Positions 28,569 to 38,646 of a stretch of DNA of 64,000 nucleotides are shown here, in pieces. Below the pieces are notes generated by a model, which worked only from the letters and a program-made list of their open reading frames with translations, was not told where the DNA came from and made no database searches. Source of the DNA: Patescibacteria group bacterium (GTDB lineage Bacteria; Patescibacteriota; Doudnabacteria; UBA920); NCBI GenBank assembly GCA_013387205.1, contig WARV01000024.1:11283-75282 (forward strand), in the 5' to 3' direction. The stretch's first letter is position 1. Each line of letters begins with the position of its first letter. The translations under genes were made by a program, and so were the position numbers.

Positions 28569-29648
28569 TTATTTCCAGCTAACTTGGCTTGTTAACTCTT
28601 GGGGCACCAATTCAACCCAGGTCGTACCGCGGTTGAATTCTATCTCTTTCCCTGACGTATCATAATACCTGGTCCTGTCACCTCCCTGCTTTTTCCAGGT
28701 TCCTGCCATGGCTTTTCCGTCTAAAAACACAATCGCCTTGCCGCCACTTTTTAAATCCATGCCTAATGACAGCGGGGTATCTGTTTTAACGGGAAAAGTT
28801 TGGACAAATTGCACAACAATATTTTTTGTAAAAATCTGGTTTTTTGTATCCAAATCAACATGCGGCTTTCCGGCCAGCAATCGCTGGTAGTTATTATCCT
28901 TTTGGTTATAGATATAAGTTATCGCATACTCGGGAAAAGAAAAGTTTATATTAATATTTTTTGCGGGCAACTGCGCATACGTTAAAGCATCACCAGCTGC
29001 CTTATCATCTTTAAACTTCCAAGGATTAAATGAGGCGACATCGCTATATTTATGGAAATTCGCAAACGCCAGAAGCTTCTCCATTGAAGAATACATGTTA
29101 TGAGGCGCGAATCTGGTTTTTATGCGATGGAAAAAAGTGCCATCGTCCATAAATTCATCGCCGTTGGAAATTTTTTTATAAACCCCCAGTTTGATATTTT
29201 GCAGAACGTCGCTATTACCGCCAACATGGACATAAATAGCATTAAGCTCGTCCGCTAACTCTGCAAAATATGTTCTGGCAGACCTGATAGGCCCAATATT
29301 AACCGGGGACTTGGTTTGGTAAACAGCCATAAACCTTGTAATGCCGCCTTCGGCCAAAGTTTCGTAAACCAAATCCGCGTCAGTAAGGCCCGATTGCGGC
29401 CTGCTATCCGGATGGTTTTCCACCATCACTGCCACTGGTCGTTTTTTTGCCGTGGCTTCTTCAACGGGCAAACCGTTTATGCTAATAAATTTCTGTTCGA
29501 TTTTCCCCGTTTCAACCGCTTTCTGTTCCTGTTTCAAACCCAGAACCGGAGACTCGCCAGGTTTTTTGTCCGATTTTTTCCTGGCAAAAACAAATGTTAC
29601 GCTTAAAATTATTACCGCAGTGGCGATAATCAGATATTTTTTTCTCAT
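28569..29648 (-). CDS. DUF3048-domain (YerB-like) secreted/lipoprotein
   Basis: 359 aa with a signal peptide. AVMVENHPDSRPQSGL..ADLVYE.LAEGGITRF matches DUF3048. Confidence 0.7.
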   Translation of the reverse strand: MRKKYLIIATAVIILSVTFVFARKKSDKKPGESPVLGLKQEQKAVETGKIEQKFISINGLPVEEATAKKRPVAVMVENHPDSRPQSGLTDADLVYETLAEGGITRFMAVYQTKSPVNIGPIRSARTYFAELADELNAIYVHVGGNSDVLQNIKLGVYKKISNGDEFMDDGTFFHRIKTRFAPHNMYSSMEKLLAFANFHKYSDVASFNPWKFKDDKAAGDALTYAQLPAKNININFSFPEYAITYIYNQKDNNYQRLLAGKPHVDLDTKNQIFTKNIVVQFVQTFPVKTDTPLSLGMDLKSGGKAIVFLDGKAMAGTWKKQGGDRTRYYDTSGKEIEFNRGTTWVELVPQELTSQVSWK

Positions 29649-29882
29649 GAGAATTTCAATTCTTAATATAAAATTTTTACTAATTTTGCCATATTTGTAT
29701 TATAACAAAATTTTTCGTTTATTTTCCGAAATTGCCGTTTTTGTTTTTGTTCATGGGAAAAAATCTGCCATTATTTTGGTGTAACCATGAGGGTTTTTTA
29801 CCGTCAGATAAAACAACCAAAGGGTATGGAGTTCCCCCAGCTTCATACCCCGTGGTACTATACCGATTTTGATATCAACCAT

Positions 29883-29910
29883 AAAAAACGCCCTTATGGG
29901 CGTTTTTTAT
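29883..29910 (-). terminator. Bidirectional terminator after the sigma factor gene
   Basis: AAAAAACGCCC-ttat-GGGCGTTTTTTAT. Confidence 0.8.
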
Positions 29911-29915
29911 TCTTT

Positions 29916-30425
29916 CTAATTTTTAAATTTTACTTTTAGCGCTTTTACCGCGCGGTTTATTTTTACCGAAACATTGTTGGCATTGGTATCTAATATCTTG
30001 GCTATTTCTTTTGGATCCAAATCATTAACATATCTCAATACCAAAATTTCTTTATAATCCGGAGGCAGGTCTTTCATGCCGTCAACCACTTCGTTAAACA
30101 AAACTTTTTTCTCTATGCTTTTATTGCCTTCGTATGACGGTTCAAAAGCGGGAGATTTCTCCATGAGGACTTCAAGGCTCTCTTCTTTCTTTTTGCGCGA
30201 TTCATCTATTATCAAATTATTGGCCACCCGGTACAGGAAAGCGCGCAAATTTTCCACTTTTTTGCCCTGCATCAAGTATTGCCAAACCCGCATGAAAGTT
30301 TCTTGGACTAATTCTTCCGCCCGGGTCTTGCTGTAAACCCTGAAAAAGCAATGCCTGTAAATGGCTTCCGAATAATTTTCGTAAGCGGAAAGAAATTGTT
30401 GTTGAATTTCGTCCGTCATATTCAC
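29916..30425 (-). CDS. RNA polymerase sigma-70 factor, ECF subfamily
   Basis: 169 aa with region 2 (LVQETFMRVWQ) and region 4 (DLDPKEIAKILDTNANNVSVKINRAVKALK). Confidence 0.85.
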   Translation of the reverse strand: MNMTDEIQQQFLSAYENYSEAIYRHCFFRVYSKTRAEELVQETFMRVWQYLMQGKKVENLRAFLYRVANNLIIDESRKKKEESLEVLMEKSPAFEPSYEGNKSIEKKVLFNEVVDGMKDLPPDYKEILVLRYVNDLDPKEIAKILDTNANNVSVKINRAVKALKVKFKN

Positions 30426-30847
30426 CTCCAGAGCTTCTGTAAAAGCAGAAGCTTTATTGCTTAATCCCCCAGAGAAACAAAAAAAGTCTAATCTAATAAA
30501 TAAATTTTATTTCGTGATTAAACTTTTCAATTGGAATTAAAATATTTTGTCGGTTTATAGTTACATAAAATTGTTAATACCTCGTGGGCTTTTCCAGTAA
30601 ATCTTTTGCTATTATTTTTATCCTACAATAATTAAAAACCAATGTCTAGCCAAACTGTGGATAACTTTAGATAGATAAAAGTAAAAATATTTTATTGTTT
30701 TTTCCTATGGGAGATAAAAAAAATTCCCTGATTGAAGGAAATTCGGTTAAAACTATAATTAATTGATTGTTATAAATTAGTCTCAATGTTTAAAATAAAA
30801 ATACCACATACAACTTACTTAAACTATTATGGTCGGGCTGCTGGGAA

Positions 30848-30881
30848 CCCGCCTCTTCGGCGGGCCCGCCGAAGAGGCGGG
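30848..30881. repeat. Perfect 17/17 palindrome CCCGCCTCTTCGGCGGG|CCCGCCGAAGAGGCGGG
   Basis: A GC-rich island in a 28%-GC spacer, adjacent to a GIY-YIG gene. Confidence 0.6.
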
Positions 30882-30925
30882 TCGAACAACCATTAATACT
30901 TATAAATAAACCATCTTTATAACGA

Positions 30926-31192
30926 CTATTTATGCATTCTAATATAGTTTTCCAGTTTATCATTCAACACTTCTCTCCCGTAGCCAGTTTTAAAAAATCT
31001 CTCTGATTTCATTGCATCAGCTTTCTCTAAATAAGCTTCGTAATATATTAATTTGAATGGTGCATGTTTCTTTGTATAACTACCGCCTCTCTTTCTGTTA
31101 TGCTCTGACAAAAATCTTCTTTTTAAATCATCAGTATAACCTTTATACAAAGCCCCATCTTTTAAACTTTCTAACACATAAAAATACCACAT
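30926..31192 (-). CDS. GIY-YIG nuclease family small protein
   Basis: 88 aa, MWYFYVLESLKDGALYKGYTDDLKRRFLSEHN. Confidence 0.85.
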   Translation of the reverse strand: MWYFYVLESLKDGALYKGYTDDLKRRFLSEHNRKRGGSYTKKHAPFKLIYYEAYLEKADAMKSERFFKTGYGREVLNDKLENYIRMHK

Positions 31193-31216
31193 TTTTAATC
31201 CTTTTTAGGATTTCTT

Positions 31217-31290
31217 TGGTCGGGATGCCGAGAATCGAACTCGGACTACATGCACCCCATGCATGCGTACTACCACTATACTACATCCCG
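31217..31290 (-). tRNA. tRNA-Pro (anticodon GGG)
   Basis: Minus strand reads CGGGATG-TA-GTAT-AGTGGTA-GTAC-G-CATGC-ATGGGGT-GCATG-TAGT-CCGAG-TTCGATT-CTCGG-CATCCCG-A-CCA. The C1:G72 pair is typical of bacterial tRNA-Pro. Confidence 0.85.
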
Positions 31291-31326
31291 TTAATTACTG
31301 GTTAAATATAAATTGAAATTTGGTTT

Positions 31327-31366
31327 GATTGCGTATCTGCCTCATCGGCAGCTATACTACAACCCG
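31327..31366 (-). other. Partial duplicate of tRNA-Pro 5' half (tRNA remnant)
   Basis: Minus strand reads CGGGTTGTAGTATAGC.., which matches the tRNA-Pro acceptor and D arm (CGGGATGTAGTATAG), then diverges. Confidence 0.4.
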
Positions 31367-32093
31367 AAAATGTGATAATTAACTAACTTATTATAGCAAA
31401 AGAAATATATTAAAAAAAGTGGCGCCCCGGAAATCCACTTGTTGCCTGGTAAGGCTGTTGGATTAAATCCGGGGCATAATGTAATGTTATTTCACCGCTT
31501 GAGATGTTCGGCGGGTATATAAACCAAGGGCGGTTGGCCTGGCAGACTCCCGCAACTTACACACCTGTTGTCTATTGGATTACACTCTTGATCAGAACCA
31601 CAGCAAGAGCAAAATCTTATCTTTACAGGACCGCTCAAAGCGGAACTCTTCAAAGATGTTTCCGACATCGTTCCTCCTAAAATATCACTTGCTACAGCAA
31701 GCAGCTACGCCTTGCAGATTTGGACGGCATATCTCATAGGGGGCGAGGCATGACTTGCATACATCTTCCCCTGATTTCGGGTCTTCCTTTACTTCTGTGA
31801 CCTTTCCGCAAAACCCGCAAAACCTCTTGTCGACCTGATTCTCTTTATTCATCCTGAATCCCCCTTATTCTAACTGCAAAACTTGGTCTAAAATTTTAGG
31901 CAAAATTTTCCAGTAAGAAAGTGTTGCCAGGCTCAACACTTTATGAAAAATCTTTGGTAGAAAGATATCCACAAAGGTGTTGAGCCTGGATTGCGCGCGG
32001 GAGCCGGTTGGCTTTGCGCAAAATGGGTGGGTGGAATGCATGGCCAGTGTTACGGCTGATCAGCCGACAAAAGACGCTTCCCCGTCCACAAAA

Positions 32094-32396
32094 TCATTGC
32101 TCCGTGAGCTCCAAGTAATTCAAAATCTCCGAAAAAGTTGCCGGCGTGGCATTCCTGACGCAATTTGTCCGACAAGCCAGCGTTTCCTTACGGTCTGACG
32201 TCCTGATCAAAGCAAATGGTATTTTTGATCTAGTGACCTCATAACTGTTCGGGCAATGCGGACACTTCACATCAAGCTGATAAATTTTCTGATTTCTGTC
32301 CCTTTTCGCTTGGAACTCTGGTTTTCTGGGTACTTCTTGAATTAGAACTATCCGCACCTCGATCTCATCAAAATCAAGGTGCGCCAACGTGCTCAT
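32094..32396 (-). CDS. Hypothetical protein with CPHC...CRTNC zinc-ribbon-like motifs
   Basis: 100 aa with a strong AAGGAGGA SD. Confidence 0.5.
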   Translation of the reverse strand: MSTLAHLDFDEIEVRIVLIQEVPRKPEFQAKRDRNQKIYQLDVKCPHCPNSYEVTRSKIPFALIRTSDRKETLACRTNCVRNATPATFSEILNYLELTEQ

Positions 32397-32743
32397 GAGC
32401 TTAGTCCTCCTTAAATTCCAAACTCACTTCTGATGCAATCCAATTTAATCCCAAAGCTTTAGGACGAAATCGGATTGCGCCAGTTATTTTAAAGAGCTAA
32501 TCCTTTTAAAAAACCTGCCCTTTTTTGGGGCAGGTTGTAAGCTTCTTTTTCAAGTAAAGCTACTTACCCTTTTGCCCCGCAAAACCCTACGTTAAGGACA
32601 GCCTTAGTAACAAAGGCTACGACGGAGGAATTAATTTGGCGGGCAAAGTTGCTCATAAAAGGGTTCTTCAAAAAATACTGTTTAAAATATTATAAACAGC
32701 AATAAAAAATGTGTCAAATGATATTCATTCAACTATCAAGGGG

Positions 32744-32780
32744 ACACCTTGTACTGCACTAGGTGTCCCCTTGAAATACC
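32744..32780. repeat. Palindromic hairpin family M (CAAGGGGACACCTTG ... CTAGGTGTCCCCTTG)
   Basis: Downstream of the parB stop. Paralog at 52748-52787. Confidence 0.6.
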
Positions 32781-32834
32781 CAATAAAATCAGGTATTTTA
32801 AATGGCTCAACCTAGGCTCAAGCCATTCATTTTT

Positions 32835-33857
32835 CTATACGGTTAGATAAGAGCCCCCTTGCTCTGATGATTCCTGTGCCATCTTGTGGATAAGCTCATC
32901 AAGTTCTTCATCACTAAAGAATTCTATGGTAATCCTACCTCCTCTACCCTGGCGCTGGATTTTCACCTGGGTTCCGAGCTTGCCGCGCAACTCAGTTTCC
33001 ATGGCCATAAGTTTTGGGTCAGGAGCGGCGGCATCCATCTGCCTCTTTAAGGTCAACTCCCTGACTTTGGCTTCCACCTGCCTGACGTTAAGGCCCTGGT
33101 CCAAAACCATTTTGTACATCAAAAGAATTTTTTCCGGATCTACCAACCCAAGCATTGCGCGGGCGTGGCCTTCGGTAATCTTTTCTTCAATCACCCCGCG
33201 CTGGATTTCCGCCGGCAAATTAAGCAAGCGAACCGTGTTTGCCACAGCAGGCCTGGACTTGCCGACTTTCTTTGCCACCTGCTCCTGGGTCATGTTAAAG
33301 GTTTTCATCAGCCTTTCATAAGCCTGGGCTTCCTCTATGGGATTCAACTCCTTGCGCTGGATGTTTTCAATTAACGCCACTTCCAATTTAGTCTGGTCAA
33401 CCATGGCTTCTTTTATGATAGCCGGAACTTTTTCCAATCCTGCCAACTGGCTGGCCCTGAACCTTCTTTCTCCCACGACCAATTCAAACCCAACCGGCGT
33501 CCTGGTAACCACCAAGGGCTGAATGACTCCATGCTCTTTTATGGATTCCGCCAACTCCTTTAAGGCATTTGGTTCAAAAATTTTCCTGGGCTGATAAGGA
33601 TTCGGAGCGATTTTGGCAACTTCAATTTCCTGAATTTGCGCGTCTTCATAGGAAACCCTGTCTGGATTTGCGGGTTTTTGCTGAAGCTCTGGTGCTACAG
33701 GCTGACTGTCTGCAGCCTGGTTTTCTGTTTGGCTGACGGTCGTCGTCTCAGGCACCTGCGTAATAGGCTGCTGCACTGCGACTACAGACTGCGACACTCC
33801 TATGTTGTCTAAAGATTGTATTGTTATGTTTGGCTGGCTGGCAATTTGGTCTTCCAT
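32835..33857 (-). CDS. parB: ParB/Spo0J-family partition protein with about 70-aa low-complexity N-terminal extension
   Basis: 340 aa with GERRFRA, an HTH (MTQEQVAKKVGKSRPAVANTVRLL) and a C-terminal dimerization motif. No parA is adjacent. Confidence 0.85.
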   Translation of the reverse strand: MEDQIASQPNITIQSLDNIGVSQSVVAVQQPITQVPETTTVSQTENQAADSQPVAPELQQKPANPDRVSYEDAQIQEIEVAKIAPNPYQPRKIFEPNALKELAESIKEHGVIQPLVVTRTPVGFELVVGERRFRASQLAGLEKVPAIIKEAMVDQTKLEVALIENIQRKELNPIEEAQAYERLMKTFNMTQEQVAKKVGKSRPAVANTVRLLNLPAEIQRGVIEEKITEGHARAMLGLVDPEKILLMYKMVLDQGLNVRQVEAKVRELTLKRQMDAAAPDPKLMAMETELRGKLGTQVKIQRQGRGGRITIEFFSDEELDELIHKMAQESSEQGGSYLTV

Positions 33858-34152
33858 GTCATTTGTTTCTTATGATTTTCTAAGGCTTTATTCTTGTAAA
33901 ATCTTAACAAATTTTACGGCTTTGGGCAACTTGAACCCGGGCTTTACGAAATTCCCAAACATTGCTAAAATATATAAGAATCTGTTAGAAAAATAATTTT
34001 TAGGCGATATTTTAGAATTTCGAGGCAGTCGGACATAACAAATTTCGATGTTTAGCCGTAGGCTAAGCGGAGGAATTTTTATGGCCGAATGGCCGAAATT
34101 ATAAAATTGCAGCCAAGAAGTATTTTTCTAACAGGTTCATGAAGTTAATATT

Positions 34153-34237
34153 GGCCGAGTGGCGGAATTGGCAGACGCGCACGACTCAAAATCGTGTATC
34201 GAAAGGTGTGAGGGTTCGACTCCCTCCTCGGCCACCA
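34153..34237 (+). tRNA. tRNA-Leu (anticodon CAA), type II with long variable arm
   Basis: GGCCGAG-TG-GCG-GAATTGGCAGA-CGC-G-CACGA-CTCAAAA-TCGTG-TATCGAAAGGTGTG-GAGGG-TTCGACT-CCCTC-CTCGGCC-A-CCA. Confidence 0.85.
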
Positions 34238-34395
34238 CGTACCAGTCGAAAACCTAACGGTTCGAGAATGGTGCATGCCGTGTACCGAAGTCACTTTAGT
34301 GACGAGTGGTTCACGGCTGTCCGTGTTCGCTCGGGTACATGGCACAGCCATGTACATGACAATGCGAGTGGTACATGAAAAAAGATTAGTTTAAT
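34238..34395 (+). ncRNA. Candidate structured RNA / tRNA trailer co-transcribed with tRNA-Leu
   Basis: A GC-rich (about 55%) stretch of about 150 nt with several local hairpins (GTCACtttaGTGAC; CATGGCacaGCCATG). It runs from the tRNA to a terminator at 34396-34424 and has no coding potential. Confidence 0.3.
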
Positions 34396-34424
34396 TTCCC
34401 CTACTCCTAGAACTGGGAGTTTTT
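34396..34424. terminator. Bidirectional terminator (ACTCC-tagaactg-GGAGT plus T6)
   Basis: It lies between the convergent tRNA-Leu transcript and uppP. Confidence 0.65.
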
Positions 34425-35269
34425 TATTTGCCTAAAATCTTATTTAACCAGAATTGAAGTTCCCCCCTATTCAACACTATAAGCACTATCAACACGGCTA
34501 ATATCAACCTATACCAAATAAACAGCGCGAACCCGTGTTTCGATAAGTAACGAATTAAATATTTAATGGCAATAAACCCGAAGACCGCAGCAGAAACAAA
34601 ACCAATTATCAACTCCTGGGTCGTAACTCCTTCGTGAAGGTGGTTGATATTTAAAATACCAGCCCCCAAAATAATCGGGATAGACATCAAAAAGGAAAAC
34701 CTGGCTGCATCAGCGCGCTTAAAACCCAAAGCCACCCCCGATGCGATTGTACTGCCGCTTCTTGATACTCCAGGGATTACAGCCAAAGCCTGGCTTAAGC
34801 CGACTAATAAAGAATCAAACCATGTGATGCGGTCTAAATTTTTTATCTTTTTCCCATAATAATCCGCCAACCAAAGCAGAAGAGCAAAACCGCTGATCGT
34901 AACAGCAATGAGCAGCGGATTCCTAAAAGCATTTTCTGCATCCTGTTCGAGCAGCTTGCCGATTATCGCTCCGGGAACGGAAGCGATAATTAAAAACCAG
35001 GCAAGTTTTTGGTAGATATTATTCTCGAAATCGCGGGTAGATTTAAACAGCGAATGCCAGAAGCCTTTAATCAGCAGCCAAATATCCTGCCAAAAATACG
35101 CAAGCACGGCTGCCAAGGTTCCAAGATGCAGGGCAACGTCAAAACCTAAGCCCGGATCGCTCCACCTGAAAAACCACGGTGCCAATATTAAATGCGCAGA
35201 TGAAGAAATCGGCAAAAACTCCCCCAAACCTTGAATAGCTCCTAACACTGCTGAATGCAATATAGTCAT
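34424..35269 (-). CDS. uppP: Undecaprenyl-diphosphatase
   Basis: 281 aa with GLGEFLPISSSAHL and a C-terminal PGxSRSG motif. Confidence 0.9.
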   Translation of the reverse strand: MTILHSAVLGAIQGLGEFLPISSSAHLILAPWFFRWSDPGLGFDVALHLGTLAAVLAYFWQDIWLLIKGFWHSLFKSTRDFENNIYQKLAWFLIIASVPGAIIGKLLEQDAENAFRNPLLIAVTISGFALLLWLADYYGKKIKNLDRITWFDSLLVGLSQALAVIPGVSRSGSTIASGVALGFKRADAARFSFLMSIPIILGAGILNINHLHEGVTTQELIIGFVSAAVFGFIAIKYLIRYLSKHGFALFIWYRLILAVLIVLIVLNRGELQFWLNKILGK

Positions 35270-35296
35270 ATAAGATATAGGATTTAAGATTTAAGA

Positions 35297-35650
35297 TTAA
35301 GATTTTTTTCCTGCGGAATTTTTCGTAGAAAACATTATTGCTGTAATTTCATCAGCTTCCTTTAATAATGGTTCAACTAAATTTATTTTCATCAATTTTG
35401 AATCAATTATCATTTCCAACCAAAAACAACTTTCATCTGATTCTTCAACCACTATTCCGATTTTCGCAACGAATTCCTGTTTTGATCTTGATCTGCAAGC
35501 AGCGCGATAATTAACCGCTACTGCAGTCCCAGATCTCAGTAATTGATTTCCTATTACCCTACCTGCATCATTTCTTGGTAAAGCTTGGGTTAACTTAATA
35601 ATCCTAAGAGCGAATTGTTTCGTCCTATTTTTTAGATCTTGTTTATCCAT
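35297..35650 (-). CDS. Four-helix-bundle protein (TIGR02436 / 23S rRNA intervening-sequence protein family)
   Basis: 117 aa, ..QLLRSGTAVAVNYRAA..SKQEFVAKIGIVVEESDESCFWLEMI. Confidence 0.8.
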   Translation of the reverse strand: MDKQDLKNRTKQFALRIIKLTQALPRNDAGRVIGNQLLRSGTAVAVNYRAACRSRSKQEFVAKIGIVVEESDESCFWLEMIIDSKLMKINLVEPLLKEADEITAIMFSTKNSAGKKS

Positions 35651-35685
35651 ATATCTTAAATCATATATGATAAATCCTAAATTAT

Positions 35686-36936
35686 TTATTCAATTCCCGG
35701 AACCGGAAAATTTAAGGAGAATTCTTTGACTTGCTGTTTTATTTCAGCGAGTTTGTTTTCGTCGTTACGGCTTGCCAAAGCTTGATCCATTAAATCCGCC
35801 ACGGTTTGCATTTCTGCTTCCAACATTGCCCTGGTGGTAATGGCCGGAGTACCCAGGCGTACGCCGGAAGGATCCAGCGGCTTTCTTGGGTCGTAAGGAA
35901 TCATGTTTTTGTTGATGGAAATACCTACGTGCTCCAAAGTTTTTTCCGCTTCCTTGCCAGTAATGCCTTTGCTGCCAAACATATCAACTAACATTAAATG
36001 ATTATCTGTGCCGCCAGAAATTATACGGTAGCCTTTTTCCTGCAGAGCTGTTGCCAAAGCTTTGGCATTTTTAATAATCTGCGCCGCATAATCCTGGAAC
36101 TCAGGCTTTAGCGCTTCTCCGTAAGCCACGGCTTTGGCCGCGTTAATGTGGTCATGCGGGCCGCCTTGCACTCCCGGAAAAACTGCCTTGTCTATTAAGG
36201 CAGCAAACTTTTCCTTGCACATAATCATAGCCCCGCGCGGCCCGCGCAAAGTTTTGTGCGTAGTCGTGGAAACCACATCAAAATAAGGTACCGGGTTTTC
36301 CAATTGTTTTCCGGCAATTAGTCCTGCAATATGGGCAATATCGGCAAAAGTAAAAGCACCAATCTTGTCCGCAATTTCCTTAAACCTTTTCCAATCCATA
36401 TTCCTGCTATATGCGGAAAAGCCTGCCAAAATCATTTTGGGTTTTTCCCGCAAGGCAATTTCCTCCACTTCATCCATATCAATAATTTCAGTTTCCTTTT
36501 TGGCAAAGTAAGGAATGATGGTGTATAGCTTGCCGCTGAAATTTAAAGGGTGGCCGTGCGACAAATGTCCGCCCTGGTCCAGAGAAAACCCCAAAACTTT
36601 ATCGCCGGGATTAAGCAGAGCCATATAAACCGCCAAATTAGCCGGACTGCCGGACAAAGGCTGTACGTTTACATGCTCTGCATCAAATAACTGCTTGGCC
36701 CGCTCTATAGCCAAGCCTTCTGCCTGGTCGATTATTTCATTGCCGCCATAATATCTTTTTCCCGGATACCCTTCGCTGTACTTATTGGCTAAGACGGATC
36801 CCATAGCCTCAAGCACAGCCTTGGAAACATAATTTTCAGAAGCAATTAGTTCAATTCCCTCTTTTTGTCTTTGCTCCTCGCGTTTGATAATTTCGTAAAG
36901 CGCGGGGTCTTGTTGTTGTATACCAGAATAATTCAT
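35686..36936 (-). CDS. glyA: Serine hydroxymethyltransferase
   Basis: 417 aa from the ATG at 36936. The ORF extends to a TTG at 36981. Confidence 0.95.
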   Translation of the reverse strand: MNYSGIQQQDPALYEIIKREEQRQKEGIELIASENYVSKAVLEAMGSVLANKYSEGYPGKRYYGGNEIIDQAEGLAIERAKQLFDAEHVNVQPLSGSPANLAVYMALLNPGDKVLGFSLDQGGHLSHGHPLNFSGKLYTIIPYFAKKETEIIDMDEVEEIALREKPKMILAGFSAYSRNMDWKRFKEIADKIGAFTFADIAHIAGLIAGKQLENPVPYFDVVSTTTHKTLRGPRGAMIMCKEKFAALIDKAVFPGVQGGPHDHINAAKAVAYGEALKPEFQDYAAQIIKNAKALATALQEKGYRIISGGTDNHLMLVDMFGSKGITGKEAEKTLEHVGISINKNMIPYDPRKPLDPSGVRLGTPAITTRAMLEAEMQTVADLMDQALASRNDENKLAEIKQQVKEFSLNFPVPGIE

Positions 36937-37045
36937 TGATTTAAAGAAATTAATAATCTGAAAAATTATACAATTGTACAAATTTTCAGTTTATCACAAA
37001 TTTAGTTCATGGTATTTAATTTGCAGCTTATTCTTTTGCATGTAT

Positions 37046-37465
37046 TTAGAATTTAATTTCAAACTCCTCGTTATTATCTAAATCAACATACCTAATCAAT
37101 TTTGGCAAAACTTTAAAATAACAGTTTCCGGGTATTTTGGAATATTTTTCAAAACTCGGTTTTTTCTTTATGTGAACGCTCACGTATTTTTCCCTTTCCT
37201 GATCAAAAACTTCTTTAGCGGCACCTTCGTATTGGATAGTTTTACTGTCATTTCCGCCTACTACAAAAGAAATACTTGGATTGTTTTGCAGGTTTTTATA
37301 TTTTCTGGTGCTATTAAAACATCCGAATACCAGTTCCAAATCTTCAGTCTCCCCAAAACCCACCAGCGCACTTTCCGGCAAATTATCTAATGCTACAGTG
37401 GATAGCACTCCAAGGGTATATCTCTTAAATACTGCTAGTATCTTGCTTTTTTGTTGCGGTTCCAT
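37046..37465 (-). CDS. Pyridoxamine 5'-phosphate oxidase-like (FMN-binding split barrel) family protein
   Basis: 139 aa. The pattern resembles general-stress-protein-26 / PNPOx-like proteins. Confidence 0.55.
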   Translation of the reverse strand: MEPQQKSKILAVFKRYTLGVLSTVALDNLPESALVGFGETEDLELVFGCFNSTRKYKNLQNNPSISFVVGGNDSKTIQYEGAAKEVFDQEREKYVSVHIKKKPSFEKYSKIPGNCYFKVLPKLIRYVDLDNNEEFEIKF

Positions 37466-37497
37466 ATCTTACATCTTATATCCTAAATCTTAACTCT

Positions 37498-38646
37498 CTA
37501 TATGTACATATACAGCAAGCTAAACACCGCTGCTAGTATGAATAGTACCATAAAACTGCCGGTCAGGCTAAAAAGGATTATGCCTAAAATACAGGCTATT
37601 AATTTGCCAATAGCCAAGCTTTGCTCGAAAAACACGGCATAAGGCACTACATGCGTGGCTTCTGCCCGAAGGTAGGTTAGCGTGGAAATAGGAATAAAGT
37701 CTATTTCCTTGCTGGCGCGGGACAAAGAATCAATCACAAAAACTGACATAACGCTGGTAGCTATAAACCTGGCAACCCAGACCAAGCTAGACATGAACGC
37801 GCCAATCTTTATTAATATCCTTTTGGTATACTGATCGGTAATTTTACCTAAAAATAGAGCAAGCAAAGCAGCGGCCAAGCTAGCCATTGTTGCCAAAAAA
37901 CCCGTGCCTTCATAATCTTTCACGATCAAATAAATAAATATAGGCCAGATGGTCAGCACAATTAATTCTTCCCCAAATCCCAAGTAACCGATGAATTTTT
38001 TCGGATACGATTTATACAATTCCAAAGTGTCGCTGAATTTGTATATTTTGGGAATAAAAATTTCTTGTGCCGTAAGAATAGGAATAATACTACAGCAATA
38101 CAAAACCGCGGAAAACAAAAACGCGGCAGGTATTCCAAAATATTGGGAGAGCAGTCCTCCAACTAGCGGCCCGACAACATGCGAAATGCTGATAATGGCA
38201 TAGACCATGGAAAATTCCCTGCCGACCTGCTCTTGTTGGCCGTACCTGGCCATGACCGAATGAAAACCTGGCCAATAAAAAGATTTTTGGATACCAAAAA
38301 TCACAGCCCCAAAAAACGCCAAATTTGGATGATTGACGCTAGAGAGCAAGGCAAACCAATAAAAAACCTGGAAGGGAACGCTTAAAGCAATACTGTGACG
38401 GTAGCCGAAGACGCTGGCAAACTTGGCGCCGTAAGGAATGGTAATAATATACACAGCATAAACCACTGCCATGAAAAGCAGGATTTTCGGCACCGTGTAG
38501 TTTAAAACCGAATATAGGAAGATAGGCTCAAACAGCATGACTACAGCCAATGCCATGTTCGATATTGCCGAGGAAGCATACAGCTCCCCTATCTCCCTGC
38601 GCACGCTTTTATTGAAGTATTGTGGAAGATGAAAATTTAAAAGCAT
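37498..38646 (-). CDS. MFS transporter
   Basis: 382 aa with about 11-12 TM helices and a G..SQYFG motif. Confidence 0.8.
   Translation of the reverse strand: MLLNFHLPQYFNKSVRREIGELYASSAISNMALAVVMLFEPIFLYSVLNYTVPKILLFMAVVYAVYIITIPYGAKFASVFGYRHSIALSVPFQVFYWFALLSSVNHPNLAFFGAVIFGIQKSFYWPGFHSVMARYGQQEQVGREFSMVYAIISISHVVGPLVGGLLSQYFGIPAAFLFSAVLYCCSIIPILTAQEIFIPKIYKFSDTLELYKSYPKKFIGYLGFGEELIVLTIWPIFIYLIVKDYEGTGFLATMASLAAALLALFLGKITDQYTKRILIKIGAFMSSLVWVARFIATSVMSVFVIDSLSRASKEIDFIPISTLTYLRAEATHVVPYAVFFEQSLAIGKLIACILGIILFSLTGSFMVLFILAAVFSLLYMYI

Noticed and set aside
29650-29880. 43-aa minus-strand ORF between the ECF sigma gene and the DUF3048 gene, considered as an anti-sigma factor
   Set aside because: No RBS and no TM or zinc-finger anti-sigma features. 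The region is more likely the DUF3048 gene's promoter and 5' UTR.
30848-30890. GC-rich palindrome plus GGGTCGAACAACC considered as a tRNA or tRNA-like gene
   Set aside because: I could not build an acceptor, D, anticodon or T cloverleaf. There is no TTCGAAT-type T-loop flanked by complementary stems. I kept it only as a palindromic repeat.
31733-31852. 39-aa Cys-containing minus-strand ORF (MNKENQVDKRFCGFCGKGHRSKGRPEIRGRCMQVMPRPL) with an AAGGGGGA SD
   Set aside because: It is too short and unconserved-looking to support. It may be a real micro-protein, but there is no evidence beyond the SD.
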